From NCBI GenBank assembly GCA_963803435.1, contig CAWDML010000003.1, positions 960,001-1,024,000 of the forward strand: a stretch of DNA of 64,000 nucleotides, given 5' to 3'. The stretch is from an uncultured delta proteobacterium. GTDB lineage: Bacteria > Myxococcota > Kuafuiibacteriia > Kuafuiibacteriales > Kuafuiibacteriaceae. Under the pieces are notes generated by a model. The model saw nothing but the letters and a program-made list of their open reading frames with translations, made no database searches and had not been told where the DNA came from. This document shows positions 10,133 to 19,189 of the stretch, in pieces. Every line of letters begins with the position of its first letter. The first letter of the stretch is position 1. Made by a program: the position numbers and the translations under genes.

Positions 10133-11277
10133 TCCCTCTCCTTGCCCTGGCGGTCCTCGCCGCGCAGACCGGTGAGGCTCAGCTCTACCGGCTCCGCGGG
10201 GACGCGCTGGTCCTCTCCCGGGCGCCCAGCGGGATCATCGCCCTCGGCGGCGATGGCCGGGCCGCCAGCTGGGCCTCCGCCGAAGCGGTCATCTGGGCCG
10301 GTCTCGGCGAAGAGGACGAAGTCGACGCGCTGATCGCCGCCATCGATCTCCACCACCCCGATGGCTGGGCGGATCTCTCCGTCGGCCGGCTCATCGCGGC
10401 GGGCGGCGCGCTGCGGCCGGTCCACCTCGACGGCGCCAAGACGGTCCTGCGCGCGCCCTGGGGGACCTCCGTCGAGGCGTTCGGAGGCGTCCCCGTGGGC
10501 CTTCGCTTCACCGGCCGCGGGGGCGACTGGCTGGCCGGCGGACGGATCGCAGAGTCCGTGAGCGGTTGGGGGACCGTCGGCTTCTCCATCCTGAACGAGA
10601 CCGATCAGGGCGACCTGGCGCACCGGGAGATGGGCGTCGATCTCGCGGTCTACCCGGTGGACTGGTTCGACTTCTCGCTGCGCGGCACGTACGACCTGAT
10701 CGATCAGGGCCTCAGCGAGGTGCTCTTCAACGGAGGCGCCCGCTACGACCTCTTCCGTGTCGACGTCTTCGCGACCTATCGCACGCCTTCCCGTATCCTC
10801 CCGGCGACCTCGGTCTTCTCCGTCCTCGGCGACGTCCCCGCGACGCGCGCCGGGGCTGAGGTGAGCGTCCGCGCCGCGCCCCGCCTCGATCTCTCGCTGA
10901 CCGGCGGCTTTCGCGAGATCGATGGCTTCGGCGAGGAGCTCGCGGCCCGCGGGACGCTGCGGCTCGACGATCGGGGGCGCGGCGCGCTCTCTCTCGAGCT
11001 CCGCCGCGACGGCACCCCGGACGCCGGCTGGTCCGGGATCCGCGCGCTCGCCCGCGTGCCGGTGCTCGACACTTTGACGGCGTCCACCGAGCTCGAGCTG
11101 GTGATCCCGGATCACAGCGACCGGGGCGGTGTGTGGCCGTGGGGGTTGATCGCGCTGGCGTGGTCTCCGTTCGATCACTGGGAGCTGGCGGGCGCGTTCG
11201 AGGCGAGCGTGACGCCCGAGCTGTCGCGAGCGTTCGACGGGATCTTCACGCTGTCCTATCGATGGGGTGAGCCATGA
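10129..11277 (+). CDS. Putative outer-membrane beta-barrel (porin of a porin-cytochrome complex)
   Basis: Signal peptide, alternating amphipathic strands, C-terminal IFTLSYRW; sits between multiheme genes. Confidence 0.7.
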   Translation: MIPLLALAVLAAQTGEAQLYRLRGDALVLSRAPSGIIALGGDGRAASWASAEAVIWAGLGEEDEVDALIAAIDLHHPDGWADLSVGRLIAAGGALRPVHLDGAKTVLRAPWGTSVEAFGGVPVGLRFTGRGGDWLAGGRIAESVSGWGTVGFSILNETDQGDLAHREMGVDLAVYPVDWFDFSLRGTYDLIDQGLSEVLFNGGARYDLFRVDVFATYRTPSRILPATSVFSVLGDVPATRAGAEVSVRAAPRLDLSLTGGFREIDGFGEELAARGTLRLDDRGRGALSLELRRDGTPDAGWSGIRALARVPVLDTLTASTELELVIPDHSDRGGVWPWGLIALAWSPFDHWELAGAFEASVTPELSRAFDGIFTLSYRWGEP

Positions 11278-12311
11278 ACCGCGCCCTCCTCGTGCTGTCG
11301 ATGATCGGCCTGGGCGCCTGCGCCAGCGTGCTCGGCTTCCGCTCCAGCGACGAGCACCCGTTCGAGCATCGCGCCCACACCACCAAGGGCATCGGCTGCA
11401 AGCGCTGCCACGCCGGGATCGAAGGGGAGGGCGACGACACTCCCGTGGTGCTCCCGGACACCGCGCTCTGCCTCGAGTGTCACGCGCAGCCGCACGATCA
11501 GCGCCGCTGCCGCACCTGCCACGGCCAGAGCGACACCGATCGCCGCACCGAGCAGGCGCGCCACTACCTGCGCTTCGATCACCGGCTCCACACGAAGGAG
11601 CGCGAGCTCGAGGGCAAGTGCGTCCGCTGCCACAACGCAGTGCGGACCGACGGCCCCGACGTCCTGCCGCGGATGGCCGACTGCCTCGGCTGCCACGAGC
11701 ACTCGGACGAGTTCGAGCTGCGCGCCTGCGGTCGCTGCCACGAGAACCTGGAGACCGAGGAGACCCGACCCCAGAGCCACGTCGTGCACGGCCCCGATTT
11801 CACCCGGACCCACGGCGCCAAGGCCTCCGCCCAGGCGGACCTCTGCGCCACCTGCCACCGCGAATCGGACTGCGCCTCATGTCACGGCGCCAAGGTGCCT
11901 GCGCTCGCGCATCGCCTGGAGCTCGCCGATCCCCGGCTCGACGGCATCCACCGCGCGAACTTCGTCGCCCGGCACGCGCTGGAGGCGAAGGCCGATCCGG
12001 GGCTTTGCACCACCTGCCACGCCACCGACACCTGCCAGCGGTGCCACGAGGAGCGGGGCGTCGCCAGCGGCGCGGCCACGGGCAGCCCGCACCCATCCGG
12101 CTGGGTGGGGCTGAGAAACAACCTTCATGGCGTCGCGGCCCGTCGCGATCCGGTCTCCTGCGCCAGCTGCCATGGCGGCGCCGGCGAGATGCTCTGCGTC
12201 TCCTGCCACAAGGTCGGCGGCATCGGCGGCAACCCGCATCCGGCGGGCTGGTCCAGCAACAAGGGCAAGAGCACCGAGCTGCCGTGCCGGCTCTGCCACG
12301 CGGGGTTGTGA
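11274..12311 (+). CDS. Cytochrome c3/c7-like multiheme lipoprotein (13 CxxCH)
   Basis: Lipobox LGAC; FEHRAH and FDHRLH motifs before heme groups; 13 CxxCH. Confidence 0.88.
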   Translation: MNRALLVLSMIGLGACASVLGFRSSDEHPFEHRAHTTKGIGCKRCHAGIEGEGDDTPVVLPDTALCLECHAQPHDQRRCRTCHGQSDTDRRTEQARHYLRFDHRLHTKERELEGKCVRCHNAVRTDGPDVLPRMADCLGCHEHSDEFELRACGRCHENLETEETRPQSHVVHGPDFTRTHGAKASAQADLCATCHRESDCASCHGAKVPALAHRLELADPRLDGIHRANFVARHALEAKADPGLCTTCHATDTCQRCHEERGVASGAATGSPHPSGWVGLRNNLHGVAARRDPVSCASCHGGAGEMLCVSCHKVGGIGGNPHPAGWSSNKGKSTELPCRLCHAGL

Positions 12312-12318
12312 GGTCGTG

Positions 12319-13764
12319 ATGCGGCGCTGGGGAGCTCTCGTGATCGTTCTGCTCGTCGGATGCAGCGGCGAGGAAGGTCAGGACCCGACGATCATCGTTC
12401 CGTCGACCTGGAAAGAGGTCCGGCGTGGGACCGGCCATGTCGCCCACCTGCGCGAAGACGTGAAGTGCAAGGACTGCCACGCCGTCGAGGGCTCGGGCTT
12501 CCACAAGCCCAGCCTGATCGTATGCGCGAGCTGCCACGAAACGGTGCTCGATCGGACGCACAGGTCCGAGAAGGGGCCGAACGGCGACTGCTACGCCTGC
12601 CACGACTTCCGCGAGAAGACCGAGGTCGGCAAGGGCAACTGCATGCGCTGCCACGAGAAGGAGCGAACGCCGCAGATCCACGCCAAGGAGGACTGCCTCG
12701 CCTGCCACTCACCCCACAAGGATCCTCCGATCGTGATCGCGAGCTGCACCCGATGCCATGAGGAGCAGAAGGCCTTCATCCACACGGGCATGAAGGGCGT
12801 GGACGGATGCCGGGCCTGCCACCAGGGGCACGCGAAGAAGGAGGCAGCGCTCAAGACCTGCCTCGGCTGTCACGAGGACAAGGAGGGCGCGCACAATCAG
12901 GGCCACCGGGAGTGCACGACCTGTCACACGCCCCACCGGCCGATGCCGACCTGCCAGTCGTGCCACCAGAACGTCCGCAAGGACCGCCACGAGAAGTGCA
13001 GCGGCTGCCACCAGCCCCACTCCATTCAAACGAAGGCCGCCGAGTCCTGCGGCAACTGCCACGCCGACGTCCTGGTGGACCATGGCGCGGGCGAAGCAAG
13101 CTGCACGACCTGTCACGTGCCACACCAGCCGATCCAGCGCTGCAGCCGCTGCCACACCATCAGCCCGACCGACACCGCGCTCCACGCCGGCAACATCCGC
13201 TGCGTGCAGTGCCACCAGCCTCATCAGCTCGTCCTCGATCGGGTGCAAGGCGAGTCGTGCGGACAGGCCTGCCACCCCCAGCAGAACGCGGCGGTGATCG
13301 AGCCCCACCAGGGCTGTACGAACTGCCACCTGACGGCGCCCCACTTCCCCAAGCGTCCCCCGGGATCCTGCGGGCGCTGCCACGCCGAGGAGCAGAGGTC
13401 GGCCCCCCACGGACACGACCAGTGCGTCCGTTGCCACGAGCCCCACTCGGGCCGGATCCAGGCGGGCAAGACCTGCCAGAGCTGCCACCAGAAGCCGGAC
13501 AACATCCACACGCCCGCGGGCGATTGCGAGACCTGCCACGCCCCCCACGGACCCGAGCGCAAGGTCTCGCCGCCGAGCTGCGTCTCCTGCCACTCGTCCC
13601 TACCCGAGCTCCACCGAGATCCGGGACATGCCCACTGCGTCGGCTGTCACCAGCCCCACGAGAAGGAACCGCGCCGCGACCGCGACCTCTGCGACCGCTG
13701 CCATACGCTCCCAGACCACGAACCCAAGGTCTCCACCTGCGTCGGCTGTCACCCGTTCCGGTGA
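12319..13764 (+). CDS. High-density multiheme cytochrome c lipoprotein (24 CxxCH + 1 CxxxCH)
   Basis: Lipobox LVGC; repeating CxxCHxPH / CxxCH units over 481 aa. Confidence 0.88.
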   Translation: MRRWGALVIVLLVGCSGEEGQDPTIIVPSTWKEVRRGTGHVAHLREDVKCKDCHAVEGSGFHKPSLIVCASCHETVLDRTHRSEKGPNGDCYACHDFREKTEVGKGNCMRCHEKERTPQIHAKEDCLACHSPHKDPPIVIASCTRCHEEQKAFIHTGMKGVDGCRACHQGHAKKEAALKTCLGCHEDKEGAHNQGHRECTTCHTPHRPMPTCQSCHQNVRKDRHEKCSGCHQPHSIQTKAAESCGNCHADVLVDHGAGEASCTTCHVPHQPIQRCSRCHTISPTDTALHAGNIRCVQCHQPHQLVLDRVQGESCGQACHPQQNAAVIEPHQGCTNCHLTAPHFPKRPPGSCGRCHAEEQRSAPHGHDQCVRCHEPHSGRIQAGKTCQSCHQKPDNIHTPAGDCETCHAPHGPERKVSPPSCVSCHSSLPELHRDPGHAHCVGCHQPHEKEPRRDRDLCDRCHTLPDHEPKVSTCVGCHPFR

Positions 13765-13836
13765 GTACAGCCCCCAGCGAACGGCTCCACCAAAAGTCGC
13801 CACATTCCGGCACGAAACTTGGTTTGCCCAGGCCAC

Positions 13837-14172
13837 ATGACGTACGTGGTCGCTGAGCCCTGTATCAAATGCAAGTACACCGAGTGCGTCGCCACGTGCC
13901 CGGTGGATTGCTTCCACGAAGGGGCCAACATGCTGGTGATCGACCCGGAAGAATGTATCGATTGCGGTGCGTGTGAACCTGAATGCCCCGTCACCGCCAT
14001 CTTCACCCTGGACGACCTCCCCGAGAAGTGGTCCGCCTACGCCGAGATCAACGTCCGCTTCACCGCCAAGTGGCCGGTGATCAACGAGAAGCGCGACCCC
14101 CTCCCCACCGCTGAGGAGTTCAAGGAGGTGGAAGAGAAGCGCCACCTCTTCGCCGAAGCCGCCGGGCCGTAG
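13837..14172 (+). CDS. fdxA: 7Fe ferredoxin (FdxA type)
   Basis: [29 protein letters not shown]...[17 protein letters not shown]. Confidence 0.93.
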   Translation: MTYVVAEPCIKCKYTECVATCPVDCFHEGANMLVIDPEECIDCGACEPECPVTAIFTLDDLPEKWSAYAEINVRFTAKWPVINEKRDPLPTAEEFKEVEEKRHLFAEAAGP

Positions 14173-14225
14173 CATCGCGCAAGCTGTCTTGCAAAGGCCT
14201 CGCGGCCGCCTTGTCCGCCGGAGCG

Positions 14226-14343
14226 CCCGTCTTCAGAGCGGCGGATTCCATACTCACTTCGTCGGGTGGATTAGCGAACGCGCGCCACCACCCGACGAAG
14301 TGCGCACGTCCCCCGCCGCTCACCTTCGCTCTGAAGACGCGGG
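14226..14343. repeat. Nested palindromic element (REP/MITE-like, possible bidirectional terminator)
   Basis: CGTCTTCAGAGCG (14228)/CGCTCTGAAGACG (14327) and CACTTCGTCGGGTGG (14255)/CCACCCGACGAAGTG (14288) are perfect inverted pairs between convergent genes. Confidence 0.75.
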
Positions 14344-14349
14344 CCGCCG

Positions 14350-15546
14350 TCACGCCCTGCGCAGGACGCCTCGTGCTCGACCGACCTTCTCGAAGGCGGC
14401 GATCGCCCGGTCGAGCTGCCCGCGCTCGTGCGCGGCGGAGATCTGGACGCGGATCCGGGCCTTGCCCTGCGGGACGACGGGATAGGAGAAGCCGATGACG
14501 TAGATGCCTTCGGTGAGGAGGTCGTCGGCCATCTCGGTGGCGGCGCGGGCGTCGCCGATCATCACGGGGCAGATGGGGTGGGTTCCGGGGAGGATGTCGA
14601 AGCCGCGCGTGGTCATCTGGTCGCGGAAGTACTTGGTGTTGTCTTCGAGCTGGTCGCGGCGGGAGGTGGAGCGGGTGAGCATCTCCAGGACGGTCAGGGA
14701 GGCGCCGCAGATCGCGGGGGCGACGGTGTTGGAGAAGAGGTAGGGGCGGGAGCGCTGGCGGAGCAGATCGATGATCTCCCGGCGACCGGTGGTGAAGCCG
14801 CCGGAGGCGCCGCCGAGCGCTTTCCCGAGGGTGGAGGTGATGACGTCGATGCGGCCCATGACGCCGGAGAGCTCGGGGGTGCCGCGGCCCGTCTTTCCGA
14901 CGAAACCGGTGGCATGGCTGTCGTCGACCATGACGAGGGCGTCGTAGCGGTCGGCGAGGTCGCAGATGCGATCGAGCTTCGCGTAGTAGCCGTCCATGGA
15001 GAAGACGCCGTCGGTGGCGATCATCCGGATGCGCTTCGAGGCAGTGGCTCGAAGGTGGGCCTCGAGCTCGTCCATGTCGCCGTTGGCGTAGCGGAGGCGC
15101 TCGGCCTTGCAGAGGCGGACACCGTCGATGATGGAGGCGTGGTTGAGCGCGTCGGAGATGATCGCATCGTCTTCGCCGAGGAGGGTCTCGAAGAGACCTC
15201 CGTTCGCGTCGAAGCAGCTCGAGTAGAGGATGCTGTCGTCGGTGCCGAGGAACTCGGAGATCGCCCGCTCGAGCTGCTTGTGGATCGACTGCGTGCCGCA
15301 GATGAAGCGCACCGAGGAGAGGCCGTAGCCGTAGTCGTCGAGGGTCTTCTTGGCGGCCGCCAGCACCTCGGGATGATTGGCGAGGCCGAGATAGTTGTTC
15401 GCGCAGAAGTTGAGCACCTCACCGCCGGGCTTCGCCTCGATGCGGGCGCCCTGCGGCGAATCGATGATCCGCTCCCGCTTGGTGAGGCCCGCCGCTTCGA
15501 TCTCGGCGAGGAGCTTCTGGTAGACCGGTTTCGCGCTCTGGAACAT
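14350..15546 (-). CDS. kbl: Glycine C-acetyltransferase (2-amino-3-ketobutyrate CoA ligase)
   Basis: [49 protein letters not shown]. Confidence 0.96.
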   Translation of the reverse strand: MFQSAKPVYQKLLAEIEAAGLTKRERIIDSPQGARIEAKPGGEVLNFCANNYLGLANHPEVLAAAKKTLDDYGYGLSSVRFICGTQSIHKQLERAISEFLGTDDSILYSSCFDANGGLFETLLGEDDAIISDALNHASIIDGVRLCKAERLRYANGDMDELEAHLRATASKRIRMIATDGVFSMDGYYAKLDRICDLADRYDALVMVDDSHATGFVGKTGRGTPELSGVMGRIDVITSTLGKALGGASGGFTTGRREIIDLLRQRSRPYLFSNTVAPAICGASLTVLEMLTRSTSRRDQLEDNTKYFRDQMTTRGFDILPGTHPICPVMIGDARAATEMADDLLTEGIYVIGFSYPVVPQGKARIRVQISAAHERGQLDRAIAAFEKVGRARGVLRRA

Positions 15547-15578
15547 GGCCGGGAGGAGAGGATCCCGGGTCGGTCGGG

Positions 15579-16340
15579 TCAAGACCTCGGGAGCGCGATT
15601 GTAGCCGTGCCGGCGCACTCGGGTGTGGCGTCCTCGGCGTCCGGCGGTGCGTACAAGGGATCGAAGTCGGGGCGGGCGATGCCCAGCCGGAGCACGAAGC
15701 TGCTGCTGTTGGCCCGGGTGCGCGGCCGGATCAGCCGGGGTGGGCAGGACGTCTCGACCACCACGATGCCCCGGCGCTCGGTCTCGATCTCGATCCGATC
15801 CACCGGCCGCGGCTCGACGGACGGCTTCGACCACGCGGTGATCCGCTCCGAGAAGCTGGGCTTTCCTTTCACCATCCCGCGGACCGTGGTCTCTCCCGCG
15901 GGGAGCACCAGATCGGCGTGGCCATCGAGGACGATCCGCGACCAGTCGTGGGGCGCCACCCCCAGCGACGACACCTTCGCCGAGAAGGCGCCTCCAAAGT
16001 CGACGGCGAGCGTGGCTCCGCCAGCCTCGACGCGGACCAGGTACGCCCCGTCCGTTCGGTCCGGCACGATCATCGGCGCGAACTCGCCGTTGAGGAGCGT
16101 GAGGGCAGGGCCGGCCGCCGTCCCGATCGAGAGCCCCGGCAAGCGATCCTCCGACTTCGAGGTGGTCACGAACACGAACAGGTCGCCAGGCCCGCGGAAC
16201 ATCGGTGCGTCGCCGGTTCGCTCCGCGTGCCACGGCGAGCCGGGCGCGATCGCGATCGATGCGCTCGGCCCCGGCGTCTCCTCCGTCCGCCGGCAACCGA
16301 ACGCCGAGGCGACTGCGGCCAGCAGCACGAGGCGCTTCAC
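15579..16340 (-). CDS. Hypothetical lipoprotein
   Basis: [16 protein letters not shown] lipobox; coupled to upstream ORF. Confidence 0.65.
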   Translation of the reverse strand: MKRLVLLAAVASAFGCRRTEETPGPSASIAIAPGSPWHAERTGDAPMFRGPGDLFVFVTTSKSEDRLPGLSIGTAAGPALTLLNGEFAPMIVPDRTDGAYLVRVEAGGATLAVDFGGAFSAKVSSLGVAPHDWSRIVLDGHADLVLPAGETTVRGMVKGKPSFSERITAWSKPSVEPRPVDRIEIETERRGIVVVETSCPPRLIRPRTRANSSSFVLRLGIARPDFDPLYAPPDAEDATPECAGTATIALPRS

Positions 16341-16807
16341 AGCTTCCTCAGCGGCGGAAACTTGATCCGGAAGCCGTCTTGCGCCCAGCGCGGGAGCGCC
16401 TTCCAGTTCGCCTCCAGCCAGTTGGTGTCCTCGAGCCCCGGCGTGATCTCCCCCGAGGGGAACTCGATCGTGTACGTGAGCGGCACCGCCACCACGTCAC
16501 CCTTGCGGCCGATGTACTTCAGGATCTCGACGGTGCGGCGCCCCGACTCCCGATCCTCGGCGATCTCGAAGCCGTAGATGTACTCCGACAGGTGCACGCT
16601 CAACACGGCGATGACCTCGCGGAACCAGGAGAGCCGCGTCGTCGTGTCCGTCTCGAACTTGAGCTCGCCCTCGCGGATCTGCGCGTTCACCACCTCCTCG
16701 CCGAGCGCGTCGAAGAGCGCGAACTCCTCGTCCTCGAGCGCGTCGATGAGGTGTCCCTGGTCCGACCCGTCGACCTCGTGCGAGAGCTGGTAGTGGTAGT
16801 TCGTCAC
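16337..16807 (-). CDS. Hypothetical acidic protein (156 aa)
   Basis: GTG start [15 protein letters not shown]...; genome-typical codon usage. Confidence 0.7.
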   Translation of the reverse strand: MTNYHYQLSHEVDGSDQGHLIDALEDEEFALFDALGEEVVNAQIREGELKFETDTTTRLSWFREVIAVLSVHLSEYIYGFEIAEDRESGRRTVEILKYIGRKGDVVAVPLTYTIEFPSGEITPGLEDTNWLEANWKALPRWAQDGFRIKFPPLRKL

Positions 16808-16821
16808 CGGGCTCCAGCCTA

Positions 16822-17484
16822 TCACTTCAGCTCGTCGACGATCAGTCGCTCCGAGATGCGCTCCCGCGCGGCGACGGTCCGCCAGGACAGTCCGTGCTGC
16901 TCGTAGATCCGGCGCATCAGAGACAGCGCACCGTTGGTGGACCCTGCGATCAGCGCGCGACCGTTCGCCGAGAGGTATCGCCGGCACTCGCTGCAGAACC
17001 GGTCCAGCGTGGGCAACCCGGGGCCGTCGAACAGCGCCATCTCCAGCGCGCCGCCTTGGGGCCTCCCGAAAAAGGGCGGGTTGAACGCGATCAGATCGAA
17101 CACCACGCCGTCCGGGATGCGCTCGAAGAGATCGCTCTCCGTCGCGTGGATGGCCGCGCCGTTGAGCATCGCGTTGATGCGGGTGGCGCGCACCGCGACC
17201 GGGTTCTTGTCGACCGCCCACACCTCCGCGCCCGCGCGCGCCGCCGCCAGGCCCACAATCCCGCTCCCCGAACCCAGATCGAGGACCCGCTCCCCGAGCT
17301 CGAGGGACCGGACGGTGACCTCGGCGAGCAGCGGACCGGTGCGGAACAGGCGCGGGCTCAGGACCGAGGGCGGGACGAACAGATCGAGCCCAAGCACGCG
17401 CTCGAAGGGACGTGCGCGCCGCGCTCGTACGCGGTACACGATCTCCTCGGCCCGTCCTGCGAGGCGTCGAGCGCGTCCGAACAT
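16822..17484 (-). CDS. Class I SAM-dependent methyltransferase (HemK-like)
   Basis: VLDLGSGSG motif I; FNPPF motif. Confidence 0.85.
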   Translation of the reverse strand: MFGRARRLAGRAEEIVYRVRARRARPFERVLGLDLFVPPSVLSPRLFRTGPLLAEVTVRSLELGERVLDLGSGSGIVGLAAARAGAEVWAVDKNPVAVRATRINAMLNGAAIHATESDLFERIPDGVVFDLIAFNPPFFGRPQGGALEMALFDGPGLPTLDRFCSECRRYLSANGRALIAGSTNGALSLMRRIYEQHGLSWRTVAARERISERLIVDELK

Positions 17485-17490
17485 CCCGGC

Positions 17491-18753
17491 TCAGGTCGCG
17501 CTGTAGACCACGCGCGACACCCTGTTCACGTAGTCGACGATCAGCTGCAGGTCCTTGGTGTCGATCTTGCTGAACTTGACCCCGACGCCGGCGATCGTCT
17601 GGCCGGGACCCCCGTGGCCGATCCAGGCGACCTTTCCGACGGCGGTGACCACCCGGTCCGAGTTCGGGATCTGGAACGTCATGTCGATCAGCTCGCCGAT
17701 GCTCAGCGTCTCCTCGGTCGCCAGGAAGATGCCGCCGTGGGAGATGTCGAGCGTCTTCGAGGTATAGACCCGCTCGCCGTTTCGGATCGACATCTTGATG
17801 TTGCACGGGACCCGACGGTTGGCGCGCTGCGTGCGACCGACGGGCGAAGGGCTCGCCGACGGCGGCGGCGTCGTCCGGGGCGGTTCGCTCTCCTCGACGT
17901 CGATGTCCGGATCGGTGGGGTTCCGGACCAGCATCAGCGGCGCGATGTTGCGGTTGGAGCGCGGCCTCTGTGAGGCGCCCTTGCCGGCAAGCGCGCCGAG
18001 CCGCTCCACCATGATCGCCTCGTCGAACGGCGCCTGGATGAAGTCGTCGGCGCGGTGCGCGTTCTCCGAGATCTCCTCGTTTCCGAGCGCAGAGATCACG
18101 CCGTACAGGACAACCGGTACGGTCGAGTGCGCGGAGCTTCGCTTCAGCTCGACGCAGACGTCGACGCCCCGCATGTCCTCGAGGATCAGCGCGCTGACCA
18201 CGACATCGGGCTGGAAGCGCGGGGCGCGATCGAGGCCCTCACGCCCGCGATGGACGATCTCGACCAAATAGCCGGCGTTCGAGAGCGCCTCCCGGTAGCG
18301 CTCCGCCGTGTTGCCGTTGCCTTCGATCAGCAGGATGCGCCGCTTGCGCTCGAGGCTTCCGAGGGCGGCCCGGAGCATCTCGACGGTGACCGGCTTGTCG
18401 ATGAATCCGGTCACCTGATAGCTCTCCGAGGCGACCCTCCGCGAGTGCTGATCGCGTCCGCGCTCCGACAGCAGGAAGACCGGGATGTCCTTGGTGTCCT
18501 CGAGCTCGCGGAGTCGCGCCAGCAGATCGAGGGCATCCATGTCCTCGAGCGGTTGATCGATCACCACCAGATCGAACGAGCGGTTGCCTCTCGTGATCAG
18601 GAGCTGCGCCTCGAGGCCGGTGTGCGCGCGCGCGACGTCCCAGGGATCGCTGGCGCGGGTCGCGCCGGTGCCGAGCGCGCGCCCGAGCAGTGCTTCGGCC
18701 ACGAACCTCGTGAGCGCGCGATCGTCCGCGACCACGAGGAGGCGCTTCATCAT
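17491..18753 (-). CDS. Response regulator: REC + pseudo-REC + PilZ
   Basis: Two receiver folds; PilZ RANRR and DISHGG motifs. Confidence 0.85.
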   Translation of the reverse strand: MMKRLLVVADDRALTRFVAEALLGRALGTGATRASDPWDVARAHTGLEAQLLITRGNRSFDLVVIDQPLEDMDALDLLARLRELEDTKDIPVFLLSERGRDQHSRRVASESYQVTGFIDKPVTVEMLRAALGSLERKRRILLIEGNGNTAERYREALSNAGYLVEIVHRGREGLDRAPRFQPDVVVSALILEDMRGVDVCVELKRSSAHSTVPVVLYGVISALGNEEISENAHRADDFIQAPFDEAIMVERLGALAGKGASQRPRSNRNIAPLMLVRNPTDPDIDVEESEPPRTTPPPSASPSPVGRTQRANRRVPCNIKMSIRNGERVYTSKTLDISHGGIFLATEETLSIGELIDMTFQIPNSDRVVTAVGKVAWIGHGGPGQTIAGVGVKFSKIDTKDLQLIVDYVNRVSRVVYSAT

Positions 18754-19082
18754 CCTTCCTCCCCACTCATCCGCTTCACCCACGCGAGGTACGGCTCGTG
18801 CCCGGCCACCACCGGCAGCGCGATCACCTCCGGCACGTCATAAGGATGAACCTCGACGACCCCTGCTCGTAAGGCCTCCAGGCGATCTCGATCGGTCTTG
18901 ATCACGAGCAGGCTCTCGACCGCCTCCTCGATCGCGCCCTCCCATCTGTACACTGAGCGCACACCGGGGATGAGGTTGACGCAGGCGGCCAAGCGGCGCT
19001 CCACCAGGGTGCGCGCGATTCGACCGCCGTCACGCTCGGGGCAGGTCACGTAAACCACCACGATCTGGGTCGATTCCGCCAC
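18750..19082 (-). CDS. cutA: Divalent-cation tolerance protein CutA
   Basis: LVERRLAACVN, SVYRWEG, HPYDVPEVIA. Confidence 0.93.
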   Translation of the reverse strand: MAESTQIVVVYVTCPERDGGRIARTLVERRLAACVNLIPGVRSVYRWEGAIEEAVESLLVIKTDRDRLEALRAGVVEVHPYDVPEVIALPVVAGHEPYLAWVKRMSGEEG

Positions 19083-19189
19083 GGCCTCGAAGAGAAGCAC
19101 GATTTCGATCCCCGGACCAGACGCCCGACTTGTCACATCGTGTGCGCTGATTTAGCACGCCTCTTTTCAACCACGGAGGTCGACCTACA

